Positions 13,186-26,927 of a DNA stretch of 64,000 nt are shown here, one piece after another. The stretch is from Squalus acanthias (lineage: Eukaryota). Numbering within the stretch: the stretch's first letter is position 1; every line of letters starts with the position of its first letter. Under the pieces are notes generated by a model. That model searched no databases and was not told the origin of the DNA. It worked only from the letters and a program-made list of their open reading frames with translations. A program made the translations under genes and the position numbers. The DNA is taken from the NCBI GenBank assembly GCA_030390025.1, contig CM059432.1:42968001-43032000 (forward strand). Direction: 5' to 3'.

Positions 13186-14432
13186 CTACAGCCCCCGAAA
13201 ATGGGCGTGGGGCTCGCAATGCGCGATTACATCATGCTCGTTCAGTGTGATGCAGGCAGCGTCGGATGAGTTGTTCACGGACAGCCCGGCCAGAAAGGGG
13301 CTGACTAGGTTGCCTCCTCCCTCTTCCTCCTCCTTCTCTTCCTCTTCCTCCTCCTCCTCTTCCTGCTCCTCCTCCTCCTGCTTTTGCAAGATAAGGGAGT
13401 GAAGGGTTATGGGGAGTGGGCGGGGAAGTGGCTTTGAGCCCTAGATCAGCCATGATCTTATTGAATGGTGGAGCAGGCTCGAGGGGCCAAGTGGCCTATT
13501 CCTGCTCCTATTTCTTATGTTCTTCTTATGTTCTTATGCTTCTCCTCCTGCTCCTCAGCTGCTGGCCGTTTAGCTGGTGGCAAGAGCTGTGCCCTCATGA
13601 TGGCGAGGTTGTGCAGCATGCAGCAGACCACCACGAATCTTGACACTCACTCTACTGAGTACTGCAGGGCTCCTCCAGAGCACTCCAGGCAGCAGAAGCG
13701 TTGTTTCAGCTCACCAATGGTCTGCTCTATCACATTTCATATGGCAGCATGGCTTTCATTGCATGCATGCTGCCCACGTGTGCGTAGATTGCGCACCAGA
13801 GTCATGAGCCATGTCGTCAGCCCTTGTCACCCAGTAGCCACACTTTGGTTTGTCATGGTAGCTCAAATGCAGATGGCACAATGCTGCAGAATGAAGGCAT
13901 CCTGACTGCTGTCAGGATACTGGGCATTGACCTGCATGATTCGCTGCCTATTGTCGCACACCAGCTGGACGTTGATGGAGTGGAATCCCTTTCGGTTGCG
14001 GTACATCTCAGAGTAGACATGCACCACCCACAAAGCAATGTGTGTGCAGTCAATGGCACCCTACACTATGGGGAAGCCTGCAATCCTCGCGAAGCCATGT
14101 GCTCGCTCCGCCTGCTGCTCTCTGGCAAGAGAGAATGAAATGTCAGCTCTCTTTGAATGCAGAGCCTCAGTGACCTCCCTTACACAACAGTGGATGGCAA
14201 ACTACGAGATGTTGCAAATGTCTCCAGTTCCAGCCTGAAAGGAGCTCAACGCATAAAAGTTCATGACCACGGTCACCTTCACAGCCACTGGCAATGCAAT
14301 CCTTGCCCTGCTCTGAGGTTGCAGTTGTGGCTGCAGCAGGTGGAAGATTTTAGTGAGAACATCCTTTACTGAAGCGCAAACGTCTCACACATGGTTCCTC
14401 GCTGAGGTTCAGTAGGAGAATTGCTCCCTGAA
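13186..14432 (-). pseudogene. Harbinger (HARBI1-like DDE) transposase remnant
   Basis: Minus-strand peptides [42 protein letters not shown] and a poly-Glu tail; homologous to 58697-59870. Confidence 0.85.
13384..13538 (+). mobile_element. CR1 3' tail inserted in the transposase poly-Glu tract
   Basis: GATCAGCCATGATCTTATTGAATGG..CTCGAGGGGCC..(TTCTTATG)n. Confidence 0.85.
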
Positions 14433-14717
14433 TTTTGAGCCCCAAGTTTCTCCAGTCTTTTCTCCCAAAGCAAACTTCTGACAATAGAGATCAGGCTCAT
14501 AGCTCTCTTTTGCAGTAGCTTGAGCAACTTTAATGTTTCCCTTGTGTCTGAATGACCAAATGCTGCTTGCTACCCAGATTTCCTGAATGGCAGTCAGTTA
14601 GCTTATGTGCTTGACCTGATTATATTTTCCATGAGCAGGGAGCCCAGACAAGTGAAAGGGTGGACCTTTCAACACAAATTTGGCCATGACACCTGCCCAC
14701 ACTACCAACACGTGTGT

Positions 14718-16985
14718 AACAACAACAACTCATATTTATATAGCGCCTTTAACATAGTAAGACATCCCAAGGCACTTCACAGATGCGTTATAAAACAAAA
14801 TTTGACACCAAGCTACATAAGGACAGTACAGAGGTAGGTTTTAAGGAGCGTCTTAAAAGAGGAAAGAGAGGTGGAGAGGCGGAGAGGTTTAGAGAGGGAA
14901 TTCCAGAGCTTAGGGCCTTTACAGCCGAAGGTACAGTCACCAATGGTTGAGCGCTTAAAATCAGGGATGTTCAAGAGGCCAGAATTAGAGGAACGCAGAT
15001 ATCTCGAAGGGTTGTGGGGCTGGAGGAGAATATAGAGATAGGGAGGGATGAAGCCATGGAGGGATTTGAAAACAAGGATGAGAATTTTAAAATCAAGGCA
15101 TTGCTTAACCAGGAGCCAATGTAGGTCAGCGAGCATAGGGGTGATGGGCGAATGGGACTTGCTGCTAGTTAGGACACAGACACAAGAGTTTTGGATCACC
15201 TCAAGTATACGGAGGGTAGAACATGGGATGCCGGCCAGGAGTGCGTTGGAATAGTCAAGTCAAGGGGTAACAAAGGCATGGATGAGGGTTTCAGCAGCAG
15301 ATGAGTTGAGACAGGGGCGGAGTTTGGCGATGTTCCGAAGGTGGAAATAGGCGGTCTTAATGATGGTGTGGACATGTGTTCGAAAGCTCATTTCGGGATC
15401 AAATATGACACCAAAGTTGTGAACAGTTTGGTTCAGCCTCAACCAGATGCCAGGGAGAGGGATGGAGTCTGATGGCTAGGGAATGGAGTTTGTGGCGGGG
15501 AGCGACGACAATGGGCTGGATTTTGAAGTTGGAGTCGGGTTGGGGTCGGGAATCATACATTCTGGCTTGTGAACCCGCCTCCATCGAGATGTGGCCAACC
15601 CACTGTATTTTCCCTTGATTGACCTTGTTGAGCCCGCCCAGTGGGCTCAGCAGGCCAATTAAGGGCCACCCGGCAACAGGTGACGTAACAGACTGACATT
15701 TCATCTGTCAAGAGCTTTTGACAGATGAAATATCAGCGTTTGACAGCTCTGTGAAGCTGTCAAACACTCACAATATGATTTCTAACTTCAGTCCTTCCTT
15801 TCAGGCTGAGTTAGAAATCATTCCAGCACAGAAAACAGAAGGCTGCAGGTTTTGACAGAACCACGGCTTTCCTGCTTTCTGTGCCGGTGAGATTTCTAAC
15901 TCCCGAGAACTGAAGGGCTGACACCTGCAGGAGGAAGTTAAGGTAAGTAAAACTTTTTCCAACACTTAGCACTTACCTTACACACTTACCTCTGCACACA
16001 TGCACCCATCACTCACCTGCCCACCGGACATATCGACCCCTCCAACCCCTGCAGACCCACGGCCCGACCCGATAACTTGGAGTGGTTGCCACCTGTCGGG
16101 AAGCCGACACTTTTCTTTTTAAAATAGGGATTATGCAAAAAACTGCCTGTTAACTACCTGTTAACAGGCAGTTAATTGTCACTAATCCCTTCCCGCCTCG
16201 GGGAGTCGGGTCTCAGACCAGGTCGGGTACCCGCCGCCAGAGAAACTTGCATGGAGGTGGGTTGGAGTCGGGATGGGGTCGGGACCCCCGAATCTGCAAC
16301 TTTAACCCCCCCCGCCTCCAAACCCGACTCCACGGGTCATTGAAAATCCAGCCCAATGGCTTCGGTCTTCCCAGTATTTAGTTGGAGGAAATTACTGCTC
16401 ATCCAGGACTGGATGTCGGACAGGCACTCTGACAATTTAGAGACCCTGGAGGGGTCGAGAGAAGTGGTAGTGAGGTAGAGCTGGGTGTTGTCAGCGTACA
16501 TGTGGAAACTGACACTGTATTTTCAGATGATGTCGCCAAGGGGCAACATGCAGATGAGAAGTAGGAGGGGGCCAAGGATGGATCCTTGGGGGACACCAGA
16601 GGTAATGGTGCAGGAGTGGGAAATGAAGCCGTTGCAGGTGATTCTCTGGCTACAATTAGATAGATAAGAATGGAACCAGGCTTGTGTAGTCCCACCCAGC
16701 TGGACAATGGTGGAGAGGCGTTGGAGGAGGATGGAGTGGTCAACCATGTCAAAGGTTGCAGACAGGTCGAGAGGACGAGGAGGGATAGTTTATCTTTGTC
16801 ACAATCACATAGGATGCCATGTGTGACTTTGATAAGAGCCATTTCGGTACTATGACAGGGGCAGAAACCTGATTGGAGGGATTCAAAGATGAAATTCCGG
16901 GAAAGTTGGACACGGATTTGGGAGGCAACAACACGCCAAGAACCTTGGATAGGAAAGGGAGGTTGGAGATGGGGTGGTAATACCG
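14718..16985 (-). mobile_element. L2 LINE (RT to 3' tail), interrupted by a MITE
   Basis: GVPQGSILGP, FESLQSGF, HSPITPMLADLHWL peptides; (AAC)n tail at 14718. Confidence 0.92.
15513..16354. mobile_element. Harbinger-type MITE, family A copy 2
   Basis: Perfect 12-bp TIR GGGCTGGATTTT; TSD AAT (15510-15512, 16355-16357); removing it restores the L2. Confidence 0.92.
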
Positions 16986-18399
16986 CCTCCCTCTTCTCTG
17001 GTCCTTCACATAGCACACATTAGTAATTTACTTCACCTCAACAATTGCTTTTCTTCCATCATCAATGTGCCCATACCATGGTCATCCACAGCCCCAACTT
17101 TTCATTATCACAAAATCAGAGCTAGTCTCATGCAGTATGCTCTGCAGATTTGCTTGTACGCATGTATTTATATATCTAAAGTTCACCTGCAATTACAAGG
17201 TAGAAATCCATCCTTTATTTGGTTAAAAGGAAATAGTAATTTTGTCAATATATCTTGGACAAAGATTTCTGATGCTCCACACTGCTGATGGGACCTCACA
17301 TTCTGTGGATTATTTCTTGTAAAAATGTGAATGTGCAACTTATGATTTTTCATCCATTGAAGGCAGTGAATCACGAGCAGCGGATCTGTGATCCTCCGAA
17401 TAAGCTGCCCACTCTGAGGTTCCGCCATTGGCGTTGGATGTCAATTTTGCCCCTTAGCTCATTATTTGTCACTTATAAAGAAACATTCATGGCACTTGTG
17501 GAGAGTACAGATTGTTTTGTATGTTTATGCTATTCAGTCATATAATTTACATAATGTATCTCAGCTGTGGAGGCTGCAACTAATTTCCTATTCCACTCAG
17601 TTCACAGAACTGCTGCAGTTTGTGCTTTGAAAATAATATATTTTAATCATTTGTCAGTGTTAGTCTGAATTTCACTCTCCATGATTCATTGATACTGCAA
17701 TCCAAAGTATATTTTAAAACTAGCAGTTCAGGAGGCAAATTAAGAGGAGAGTGCATCTCTGTGACTGGCAGTTAGTACTAAATCCACACGTGGCACTGAA
17801 CATTTATTTTGTGATACTTTGAATGCCAAGATGTCAAGTAGCTAGAAGTATGAACTACCCCCATGACAAGTTATTAAAATATATATTAGTTGAGGGATAT
17901 ACCTGCTCATAAATTTAAACTTTAATTGTGAGGATTGGGATTTTCAATATTGTTGCCAAAATCTTCTGGAGAAAGGTGAAAGCTGCTTTATGTAAAGATA
18001 TGGGAGACACTTATGAGCAAGACCTAGACAATTCTTTGACTCAGAATTAATTCAGGTAGAAATCATTCCACAGCTTGGGATTGAGTACTTGCTCTAATTA
18101 TACCTCCTATTGCAGTGATCACTAACCATTTCCTCCTCTTCACCACTTCTTCCCCATCTACACTGTCTTGCAAACCTTCCTAAAAAAACCTCCGCCCCTG
18201 GAACAAACTGCTCCTCCAGTTTCCACACCTGCACCCACTATAACTCTCAACTCCCTTTTTTCTGGTCTTTCACACAGCACACATTAGTAATTTATTTTAC
18301 CTCAACAATTGCTTTTCTTCCATAATCAATGCCCTTGAGCACACCAGATCACACTGTTGTCACTTCCTGTGATACAACAGCCATCTTCACGATCTTGCA

Positions 18400-18800
18400 A
18401 TCCAATTCCTACTGATATTGTCAACCTCTCCCTTTCTCAGGCATTGTTACCCCATTACAAAACTGCTATCATCACCCCTTAAAATGCTTATTCTTAACTA
18501 CCACCACGTCTCCAATCTCACCTTCCTTGCTAAGGTTCTCGAACATATCGTTACCATCCAGCTTGACTGAAATCTTTCCCACCATTTCCTGTTTAAGTTC
18601 CCCCAGTCTTGTTTCCATCGTACCCATAGCATCAAAAGCAACCAACAGAATCTTGTGTTACTGTGACCATGTCACACCTTCCCTTCTCATTCCCCTTGAC
18701 TTCTCCATACCATTTGATATAGTCAAACATTCTTCCCTCCACTGCTATCTATCTTCCATGATCCATCTCCACAACACCACGTTGGTTTCCTTCCTAGTGC
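18400..18800 (+). mobile_element. Ancient L2 RT fragment
   Basis: Degenerate SNLTFLAKVLE and LDFSIPFDIVKH motifs. Confidence 0.6.
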
Positions 18801-19487
18801 CAGTGTAAGAGAATTCAAATCTGACACCAAATATGGTTGCAACTAAACCATTTATTGTATTCGGCCAAGTATTGACACAACTAATGTCTAAGCAGTAGTC
18901 ATACAGAGAAATAAACAATATTACCCTGCTTTTCCTCTGAGTAGAGACATCATCGATCCTTTTGTTCTTGTCTCTCTCTACAAATTGCAAAGAAAATCTA
19001 AGATCTTTATAGGCCTCTGGTCACGCACTGTCCTTGATCATTCATTATGGTATGATAAGAGTTTGTTGTGAACAAGACCCCCAGAAATGAGGTAGTTCCT
19101 CACAAACTCCAGATAGCCAATCTTGTTCACCATTAATCATGTAACTATTCATCTTGGTCCCATTGTCCTATTTCCTATCTCAAGGCTATCGCTTCACAAT
19201 GTATTGACAAAGTTTAGTCAAAAGGCAGGAATTAACACATCCTGTACCTCAACAGAAAATAAACAGCAAAGTCAGATAAATTGTGCACTGATTTAAACCC
19301 TAAAGCATCCTAGGAATGAACAACTTAACCCTTCTTTTACTTCTAGCTACAGTACAAATCTACAAGCTATTTATAAGTCAAAAGAAAACAAAAACCTTGA
19401 TCATATGAGATTAAACCAAATCCTATTCCTAGGTATATATGTATATAATAGGGTATTGTACACCAGTGCAGTTAATTCATTTTCTTC

Positions 19488-20535
19488 CCATTCATTCACT
19501 TACTGTGGGCGTCGCTGACAACACCAGCATTTATTTCCCATCCCTAATTGCCCTTGAGAAGATGGTGGTGAGCCACCTTCTTGAACTGCTGCAGTCTGTG
19601 TGGTGAAGGTACTCCCACAGTGCTGTTAGGAAGTGAGTTCCAAGATTTTAACCCAGCAACGATGAGGAATAGCGATATATTTCTAAGTCAGGATGGTGTG
19701 TGACTTGGAAGGGAACTTGGAGGTGATGGTGTTCCCATACACTTGCTGCCCTTGTCCTTCTAGGTAGTAGAGGTCAAGGGTTTGGGAGGTGCAGTCGAAG
19801 AAGCTTTGGCGAGTTGCTGCAGTGCATCTTGTAGATCGTACGCACTGCAGCCTCAGTGCGCTGGTAGTGGAGGGAGTGAATGTTTAAGGTGGTGGATGGG
19901 GTGCCAATCAAGTGGGCTGCTTTGTCCTGGATGGTATCGAGCTTCTTGAGTGTTGTTGGAGCTGCACTCATCCAGGCAAGTGGAGAGTATTCCATCACAC
20001 TCCTTACTTGTGCCTTGTAGATGGTGGAAAGGCTTTGGGGAGTCAGGAGGTGAGACACTCGCCACAGAATATCCAGCCTCTGACCTGCTCTTGTAGCCAC
20101 AGTATTTATGTGGCTGGTCCAGTTAAGCTTCTGGTCAATGGTGACCCCCCCCAGGAAGTTGATGGTGGGGGATTTGGCGATAATAATGCTGTTAAATGTC
20201 AAGGGTCGATGGTTAGACTCTCTCTTGTTGCAGATAGTCATTGCCTGCCACTTGCATGGCATGAATGTTACTTGCCACTTATCAGCCCAAGCCTGAATGT
20301 CATCCAGCTCTTGCGGCATGTGAGCACGGACTGCTTCATTATCTGAGGAGTTGTGAATGGAGCTAAACACTGTGCAGTCATCAGTGAACATCCCCACTTC
20401 TAACCTTATGATGGAGGGAAGGTCATTGATGAAGCAGCTGAAGATGGTTGGGTCTAGGACACTGCCCTGAGGAACTCCTGCAGCGATGTCCTGTGGCTGA
20501 GTTGATTGGCCTCCAACATCCACAACCATCTTCCC
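19488..20535 (-). mobile_element. 5'-truncated CR1/L2-group LINE of a distinct family (RT C-terminal half and 3' UTR)
   Basis: ORF 19774-20529 with GVPQGSVL, FINDLP, MFTDD; a related 3' end recurs at ~44200-44275. Confidence 0.85.
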
Positions 20536-20556
20536 CCAATGGCTTCTCTATATATT

Positions 20557-21319
20557 GGCCCTGAAATTCGCCTCTCCGGCTTGCCGCGGGGGTAAGGATC
20601 GTGCGCGCACTTACCTACCGCGCCTGCCGGTGACCTCTGGGCCCACGGGAACTTCAGCTCCTGGGCCTGCTCCAAGTGCCGGTGCGCAGTGCGTGCGTGT
20701 CCCAGGGGCGTAGTTAGTGCGATGCGTCCCCTGGGATCACGTGGGCCATGGAGAGCCAATGGCAGCAGACCATCTTTCATTCATAGATTTGACAGGAAGA
20801 CCTGTCAAATCTATGAATTGAAATCGGCCACAAAAGAACAGCTAAACTGCAAATAAATTAAAAATAAAAATCACATTTATAAAATAACTATAAGTTAAAT
20901 AAATTAACTACTTTAAACAAAAATTTAAATTTTTGAAAAAATTAAAATACTTTTTAACAGTGCTAAAAATAAACTTACCTTTCTTTAAAGTATCTAAAAA
21001 AGATAAACCTGTTGAAAATTTTTTAAAATTACAATTAATTAACCACTTACCTTGTTGAAAACGGGTCCTGCGCCTCCTTTTTAAAAGCGCAGGTTCTTCA
21101 ATACTTACCCTCCCGGAGAAACCTTAAAAAAAATCTAAGTTTGCTGCGTGCGCGCAGCCTCGACCGCGCACGCGGTTCACCTCTGAACCGCCCCCTTCAC
21201 CAGACCGGAAGTTCCGGTTTCCCGCGCATGTGCAGTGTATGCAGAAACCGGCACTTCAGAGGGCCTTGCGGGTGAGTACACAGTGCGTACTCACCCGGCA
21301 AGTGCCGAAGTTTTGGCCC
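20557..21319. mobile_element. Harbinger-type MITE, family B
   Basis: Imperfect TIRs GGCCCTGAAATT / AAGTTTTGGCCC; TSD ATT; GC-rich ends and AT-rich core; perfect 18-bp hairpin at 20779-20818. Confidence 0.8.
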
Positions 21320-22045
21320 ATTGTTCTTTGGTGACTTCATCCAAAAGCATGGGGTCAGCCTCCCTATGTATGCCAAGAATATCCAACTCTACATTTCTAC
21401 CTCCATTGCTGATTCCATGATAACATTGTATTGTCTGACGGCCTACTTAATTTCATGAGCCATAACTTTCTCTAACTCAAAATTGGGAATATCAAAGCTG
21501 TCTTGTTTGGACCCCCCCAGAAACCTTTTGCTGAAACAACACGTGCACAACCTTAGTGTTCTGTTTGATCTAGAGCTGAGCGTCATAATTAAAATCTGAC
21601 CCATCACAAAGATCATTTACATCCAGCTCTGAAGCATCACCTGTGTATGTCACTACTTCACTCCCTGCACTGTTCAAACCCTATGACAAATCTATGCTTT
21701 TGTCATATGCAGGCTCATTGGCCTAGAAATTGGATTCGGCCAGAAAACGGGCGGTGTCAAGGGCCAGCGCTATTTGCCTGCGCCCGTTGAAAGTGGTCCA
21801 GGCAAGAAGCAAAATTCGTGCTGCCTGCTCATTATAATGATTGGAATGCTTATCTCAGCGCTAAACGCACTGCTGATTGGCTTAGCGCTCAATGGGGTGG
21901 GGGAATATCGGGTGCAGTCCACTGGCCAGTAATGTTTGGCCTAAGCTCTCTCCACTACATAAAGGGGAGGTGCTTTGTTGTAGTATTTGTCCTGGCCAAT
22001 ATTTATCCCTCAATCAACATCATTAAAACAGATTTCCTGGTCATT

Positions 22046-23548
22046 AAGAACATAAGAACATAAGAAATAGGAGCAGGAGTAAGTCATTTGGCCCTTCGAG
22101 CCTGCTCCGCCATTCAATAAGATCATGGCTGATCTTTTACTTCATCTCCACTTTCCTGCACGATCCCCATATCCCTTGATTCCCTTCATATTCAAAAATC
22201 TAGCGATCTCTTGTCTTGAATATACTCAACGACTGAGCCTCCACAACCCTCTGGGGTAGAGAATTCCAAAGATTCACCACCCTCTGAGTGAAGAAATTTC
22301 TACTCATCTCAGTCCTAAATGGCCGACCCCTTATTCTGAGACTGTGACCCCTGGCTCTAAACTCCCCAACCAGAGGAAACATCCTCCCTGCATCTACCCT
22401 GTCAAATCCTGTAAGAATTTTGTATGTTTCAATGAGGTCACCTCTCATTCTTCTAAACTCTAGAGAATATAGGCCTAGTCTACTCAATCTCTCCTCATAG
22501 GACAATCCCCCCATCCCAGGAACCAGTCTGGTGAGCCTTCGTTCCACTCCCTCTGTGGCAAGTATATCCTTCCTTAGGTAAGGAGACCAAAACTGTACAC
22601 AATACTCCAGGTGTGGTCTCACCAGGGCCCTATATAATTGCAGTAAGACGTCTTTACTCTTATACTCAAATCCTCTTGTAATAAAGGCCAACATACCATT
22701 TGCTTTCCTAATTGCTTGCTGTACCTGCATGTTAACTTTCGGTGATTCGTGTACAAGGACACCCAGGTCCCTCTGAACACCAACATTTCCCAATCTCTCA
22801 TCATTTAAAAATATTCTGCTTTTCTATTATTCCTACCAAAGTGGAATACTTCACTCAGAGGGTGGTAGGTCCATGGAATATGCTCCCCCAAAAAGCTGTA
22901 GAAGCTACATCATTACATAAATTTAAAACAGAAATAGACAGTTTCCTGGAAGTAAAGGGAATTAAGGGTTACGGGGAGCGGGCAGGAATTTGGACATGAG
23001 TCTAGGTTCGGATCGGTCATAGCCCTGTGGGTAGCGTAGCGGGCCCAGGGGCCGTGTAGCCTGATTCTGCTCCTATTTCTTGTGTCCAATTCTGTTAGGT
23101 TCAGGAGATGGTTCTGTGATAGTAGATTGGCGGTTAGGATCAGATCAGCCATGATCTTATTGAATGGCGGAGCATGGCTCGAGGGGCCAATTGGCCTACT
23201 CCTGCTCCTATTTCTTATGTTCTTATGTTCTTATAACTTCACATTTCTCCACATTATATTCCATTTGCCATGTTCTTGCCCACTCACTCAGCCTGTCTAT
23301 ATCCCCTTGAAGCCTCCTTGCATCCTCCTCACAACTTACATTCCCACCCAGCTTTTTATCATCAGCAAATTTGGATATATTATATTTGGTTCCCTCATCC
23401 AAATCATTGATGTAGATTGTGAATAGCTGAGGCCCAAGCACTGATCCTTGCGGTACCCCACTAGTTACAGCCTGCCAACCCGAAAATGACCCATTTATTC
23501 CTACTCTCTGTTTTCTGCCCGTTAACCAATCCTCAATCCATTCTAGTA
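22046..23548 (-). mobile_element. 5'-truncated CR1 LINE inside the DeuSINE
   Basis: ORFs 23223-23633 (GVPQGSVLGP, FADD) and 22200-22793; CATTA at both junctions. Confidence 0.92.
22846..23234 (+). mobile_element. Young CR1 3' end (double 3'-UTR family) nested in a CR1
   Basis: Closely matches the 3' end of 45694-47512; (TTCTTATG)n tail; splits the host sequence GTGGA/TAACTTCAC. Confidence 0.9.
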
Positions 23549-23748
23549 CATTATCACATTGCTGTTTGTGGGAGCTTGCTGTGCGCAAATTGGCTGCCGC
23601 ATTTCCTACATTACAACAGTGACTGCACTTCAAAAGTACTTCATTGGCTGTAAAGTGTTTTGGGATATCTGGTGGTCGTGAAAGGCACTATATAAATGCA
23701 AGTCTTTATTTCTTTCAGTAGCACCTCTTTGTCAGTCTGGCTGAAGAC

Positions 23749-25070
23749 ATGGATCAGCAATCAAGGGAGCGAGTATAAAAGTTCTCGGAGGCCTTGGTTG
23801 TGGCCATTCAAAGAAGGCGGGCTGTCCTCTTCCCGCAAGGTGGCAGGAAGCCATCCAAGGCCACTTGCAGAAGGCTCTGGGAGGCGATAGCGAGCTTCAT
23901 CACGACCACCAGTGTGGTCCCAAGGACGTGGATCCAGTGCCGAAAAAAGTTTAATGGCCTCAGACATCAGGTCAAGATGAGTGAAGGCTTCAGCAAATGC
24001 CATATACCACCATCTGTACCATAAGCCTGACACACTGCTCAATGCACTACACCCCCAGCAATCACCTACTAACAATCTCTAGCTATCACCAGTCTTACCT
24101 CACAATCATGGCTTCACTTCACCCTCACAACCTTACCACTGCTTCAACACTCACACTCACATCTCACACCTTGCACACACTGATAGCTATTCAACTATGG
24201 CAGGCACATCACCCAAACACATTGCACTACACTCACTCACACACTTCCCTTTCTCTTGCAGGCAAAGGTGGCACAGAACAGAAGGGAGCAGCGGCAGATG
24301 GGAGGTGGCCAAGTTGCTATACGGAACCTCACCGACCTGGAGGAATCCGTCCTTGACATAATTGTAAGGGCAGTGATGGAGTTCGTGGCAACAGGAGAAG
24401 TTGAATCCGCTGCAGATGATGACAGTATGGTCATTCCTAATCCCTCTCACATCCCACTTCCCCCTCATCTCACAATCTCTTCTCACTTACAAGCTACTGA
24501 TGGTGTATGCATGGATATCTTGCTTTCCCCACCTCCCCTCACCACAACCCGACCCTTGTGCCTTTCTGCTTTCAGATACCCTAGAAGTGCCACCAGCACA
24601 GCCTGTCCCTGATGTTGTGAAGGAGAGTGATGCAGGAGAAGAAGACTCACCATCACAGCATCTGAAACTCGCAGACATGAGCTCAGAAATTGGCACTGCA
24701 CGGAATTTAGAGGATAGTATAGATGCAGGACCTGCACATGGTGAGTCACCGAGCACGAGTGGGCAGCAGCAAGGCTAGGCGGAAAGGATAGCTCGGGTGC
24801 CAGTTCTCCAGAGAGCAGGTTCGCGCATGAATTCTACTCCACAGGACTCAGATGATGACCTCGATGGGGAGGCCTTCAGAAGAAGGGTGATGGCCATGAA
24901 CATGGAATTGCTGGGTGCAATGGCAAGCATGCCAGAGAGCCTCTTGTCAATGTTAAGGAGCATGGAGGGGTCCAGCTCCAACATTGCACGGGGCTTTGCG
25001 CAGCGCTTGGAGCCCATGATTTCCAGGATGGAAATGATGGACAACTCAAGGAGAGAACTTGTGGACCGTC
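23749..25070 (+). pseudogene. Harbinger Myb/SANT-like DNA-binding protein, 3 exons (23749-23976, 24262-24424, 24576-~25070)
   Basis: RTWIQCRKKFNGL and AKVAQNRREQRQMGGG peptides; same intron positions as the gene at 60037-61927; first donor mutated to ATGAGT; in-frame stops. Confidence 0.8.
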
Positions 25071-25787
25071 TGCAAGTTGTTGATGATGATCCCTTTAAAT
25101 ATCACTGCTGGAGGCTCCTTCCTGCTGCTGAATGCTTGGTCAGCAGGTCGTGATTAAGAGAGGGCGGTAAGTGGAGCGGCGACGGCGAAAATGGCAAATC
25201 GTGCATCAAGTGAGTGTTGCACACTCATTGATGTCACGATCTGCTTCATTTCCATTTCTGCAGTGAACGCAGGCAACGGCAGCACTACCAACCTGCTGAA
25301 AATGACAGTCGCTGCAGCACCCACCGGAAGCGGGCAGAAGCAAGGCGCCCGCCATTTTTTCTTCAAAATGGGCCTTAACGGCTGCGCTAATCCCCCGAAT
25401 TTCTAGGCCAATTCCTCAAATGCTCTCCTTGTAATTCTCCACAGTGCCACAGATTCCAGCTGATGCAGAAATGTGCAGCTCTTATTTTATCCCACATTTG
25501 GCCCTGATTTTAACTCCAGGTGGATTCCCCGCTCAGGCCTGAGTTAAAATACAGTTGGGTCTCAATGATGTCATTGGGCCGCAACATGCATATGTAAAGA
25601 AGGATCCTGTTGGCTCCGGGCGTCTGTCCTTGCTGCCTGTTCAGAAGAGCAGGATAAAATTGAAGATGTTGCGATCATGTCAGCTTTCGGACAGGTAAGA
25701 GCCAGGGCGATTTTAATTGCCCAACCCCCAGGTTTCTGCTGAGCGAGTAGGGTTAAAAATTGCTTCCAAAAGTCCCTCAAATCCATG

Positions 25788-26343
25788 GAGGGGAATTTTA
25801 AGCCCCTAAAATGGGTGGGTTTGGGTCGGAATGGATGTAAAAAAATTTTAAATCTCAAACTCAAACCCAATTCACCTCGAACCCGCCCACTTCCGGTTTT
25901 AACGGAGGCGGGACGGGGGGCAACTAACCAACCCACCTGCAGGAGGCGGGGTGCTCATTTAAATATTTTAATGAGGATGCATGCTTCAGATTTTATCTCT
26001 CTTCCAGGTTTAACCCTGGCCTGACGGGTTACCCAGGCAGCTAAAGGGAGGCAAGAACTGCTGCGTGGAACAGGTAAGTGCTTTTTCATCACAGCTTGTG
26101 GACCAGGAGGAGCAGGAGTGCTTCCTCCCAGCACCCCAAGCTAACCCCCTTCCCTCCCTGCGATTGGACCAAACCCCCACGATCAGACCCCTTCACAATC
26201 GGACCCACCCCCACCCCCAGGATCGGACCCCGCCCCCACCATATCACCGACCCCTCCCCCCACCATGATCAACGATAGCCCAAACCCCACATCTCTGCCC
26301 CGATCTGTCTCCAAGCCCCGCCCCCCCAGAAATCACCCCCCAC
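25788..26343. mobile_element. Partial MITE, family C
   Basis: GGAGGGAATTTTAA end; shares ACTTCCGGTTTTAA and CAGGTAAGT blocks with 26928-27393 and ~28960-29327. Confidence 0.6.
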
Positions 26344-26371
26344 TAGGAAATCCCTCCCCAGTGAATATCGG

Positions 26372-26680
26372 GGCCAGAGGCAAAGAAATTGTGGGCAGAG
26401 GTGATTTTCACAGCCCCTGGTAATGCATGGCCACCAGTTCCAGCAGGTAGCAGGTCTTCTTCTAGGTGGCTGCAGATGTCTGTAACCACCTGATGTGACA
26501 ACCTCAGGCTACGGAAGCACAGCTCTACCGAGAGGTCAAGGAAGTTGAGCATCTGTCTGTACATCCTGTTACGTAGGTAGTGCCTCCTGTGACCTCGTCC
26601 CCTCTCTTCTGTATCTCTCTCCTGTGCACTTCTTTCCTGTGCACCTGCTGATCTCACCACAGCTGTTGTCACTGCCATGG
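26372..26680 (-). pseudogene. Harbinger transposase N-terminal remnant
   Basis: RMYRQMLNFLDLS..LRLSHQVVTDICS..VKITSAHNFFASG, homologous to the N-terminus of 58697-59870. Confidence 0.75.
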
Positions 26681-26927
26681 ATGGTGATTGTCTTCCTCTT
26701 CTGATGTACTGTTAAACACATCCAAAGCACCTCCCATCTGACTGGTGTCTGTTTGAAAGCTTTCAAAGTCCTCCAATACCTGTATGGTGACAGGAACTCT
26801 CTGCTAATCATTTTCCAGAGAGAACTGAGGCACCAGCTACAATAACAGTGTCAGCCGTGACTCAGTTACCAGCACTCTTGCTCCTGAGTCAGAAGGTTGT
26901 GGGTTCAAGTCCCACTCCAGTGACTTA

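Larger units (their letters stand above)
21985..23716 (+). mobile_element. DeuSINE (SacSINE1-like) 3' part, split by a CR1
   Basis: GCTTGCTGTGCGCAAATTGGCTGCCG core and an L2-like CTATATAAATGCAAGT tail. Confidence 0.75.
21720..25409 (+). mobile_element. Harbinger deletion derivative retaining only the Myb/SANT gene; hosts a nested SINE and CR1s
   Basis: Perfect 12-bp TIR GGCCTAGAAATT; flanks ATT/AAT. Confidence 0.85.

Noticed and set aside
13186..13389. Poly-Glu ORF as a host gene
   Set aside because: It is the acidic tail of a decayed Harbinger transposase.
26849..26922. tRNA gene
   Set aside because: The A/B boxes continue into a SINE body and tail, so this is a SINE head; the same applies to ~52960-53035.
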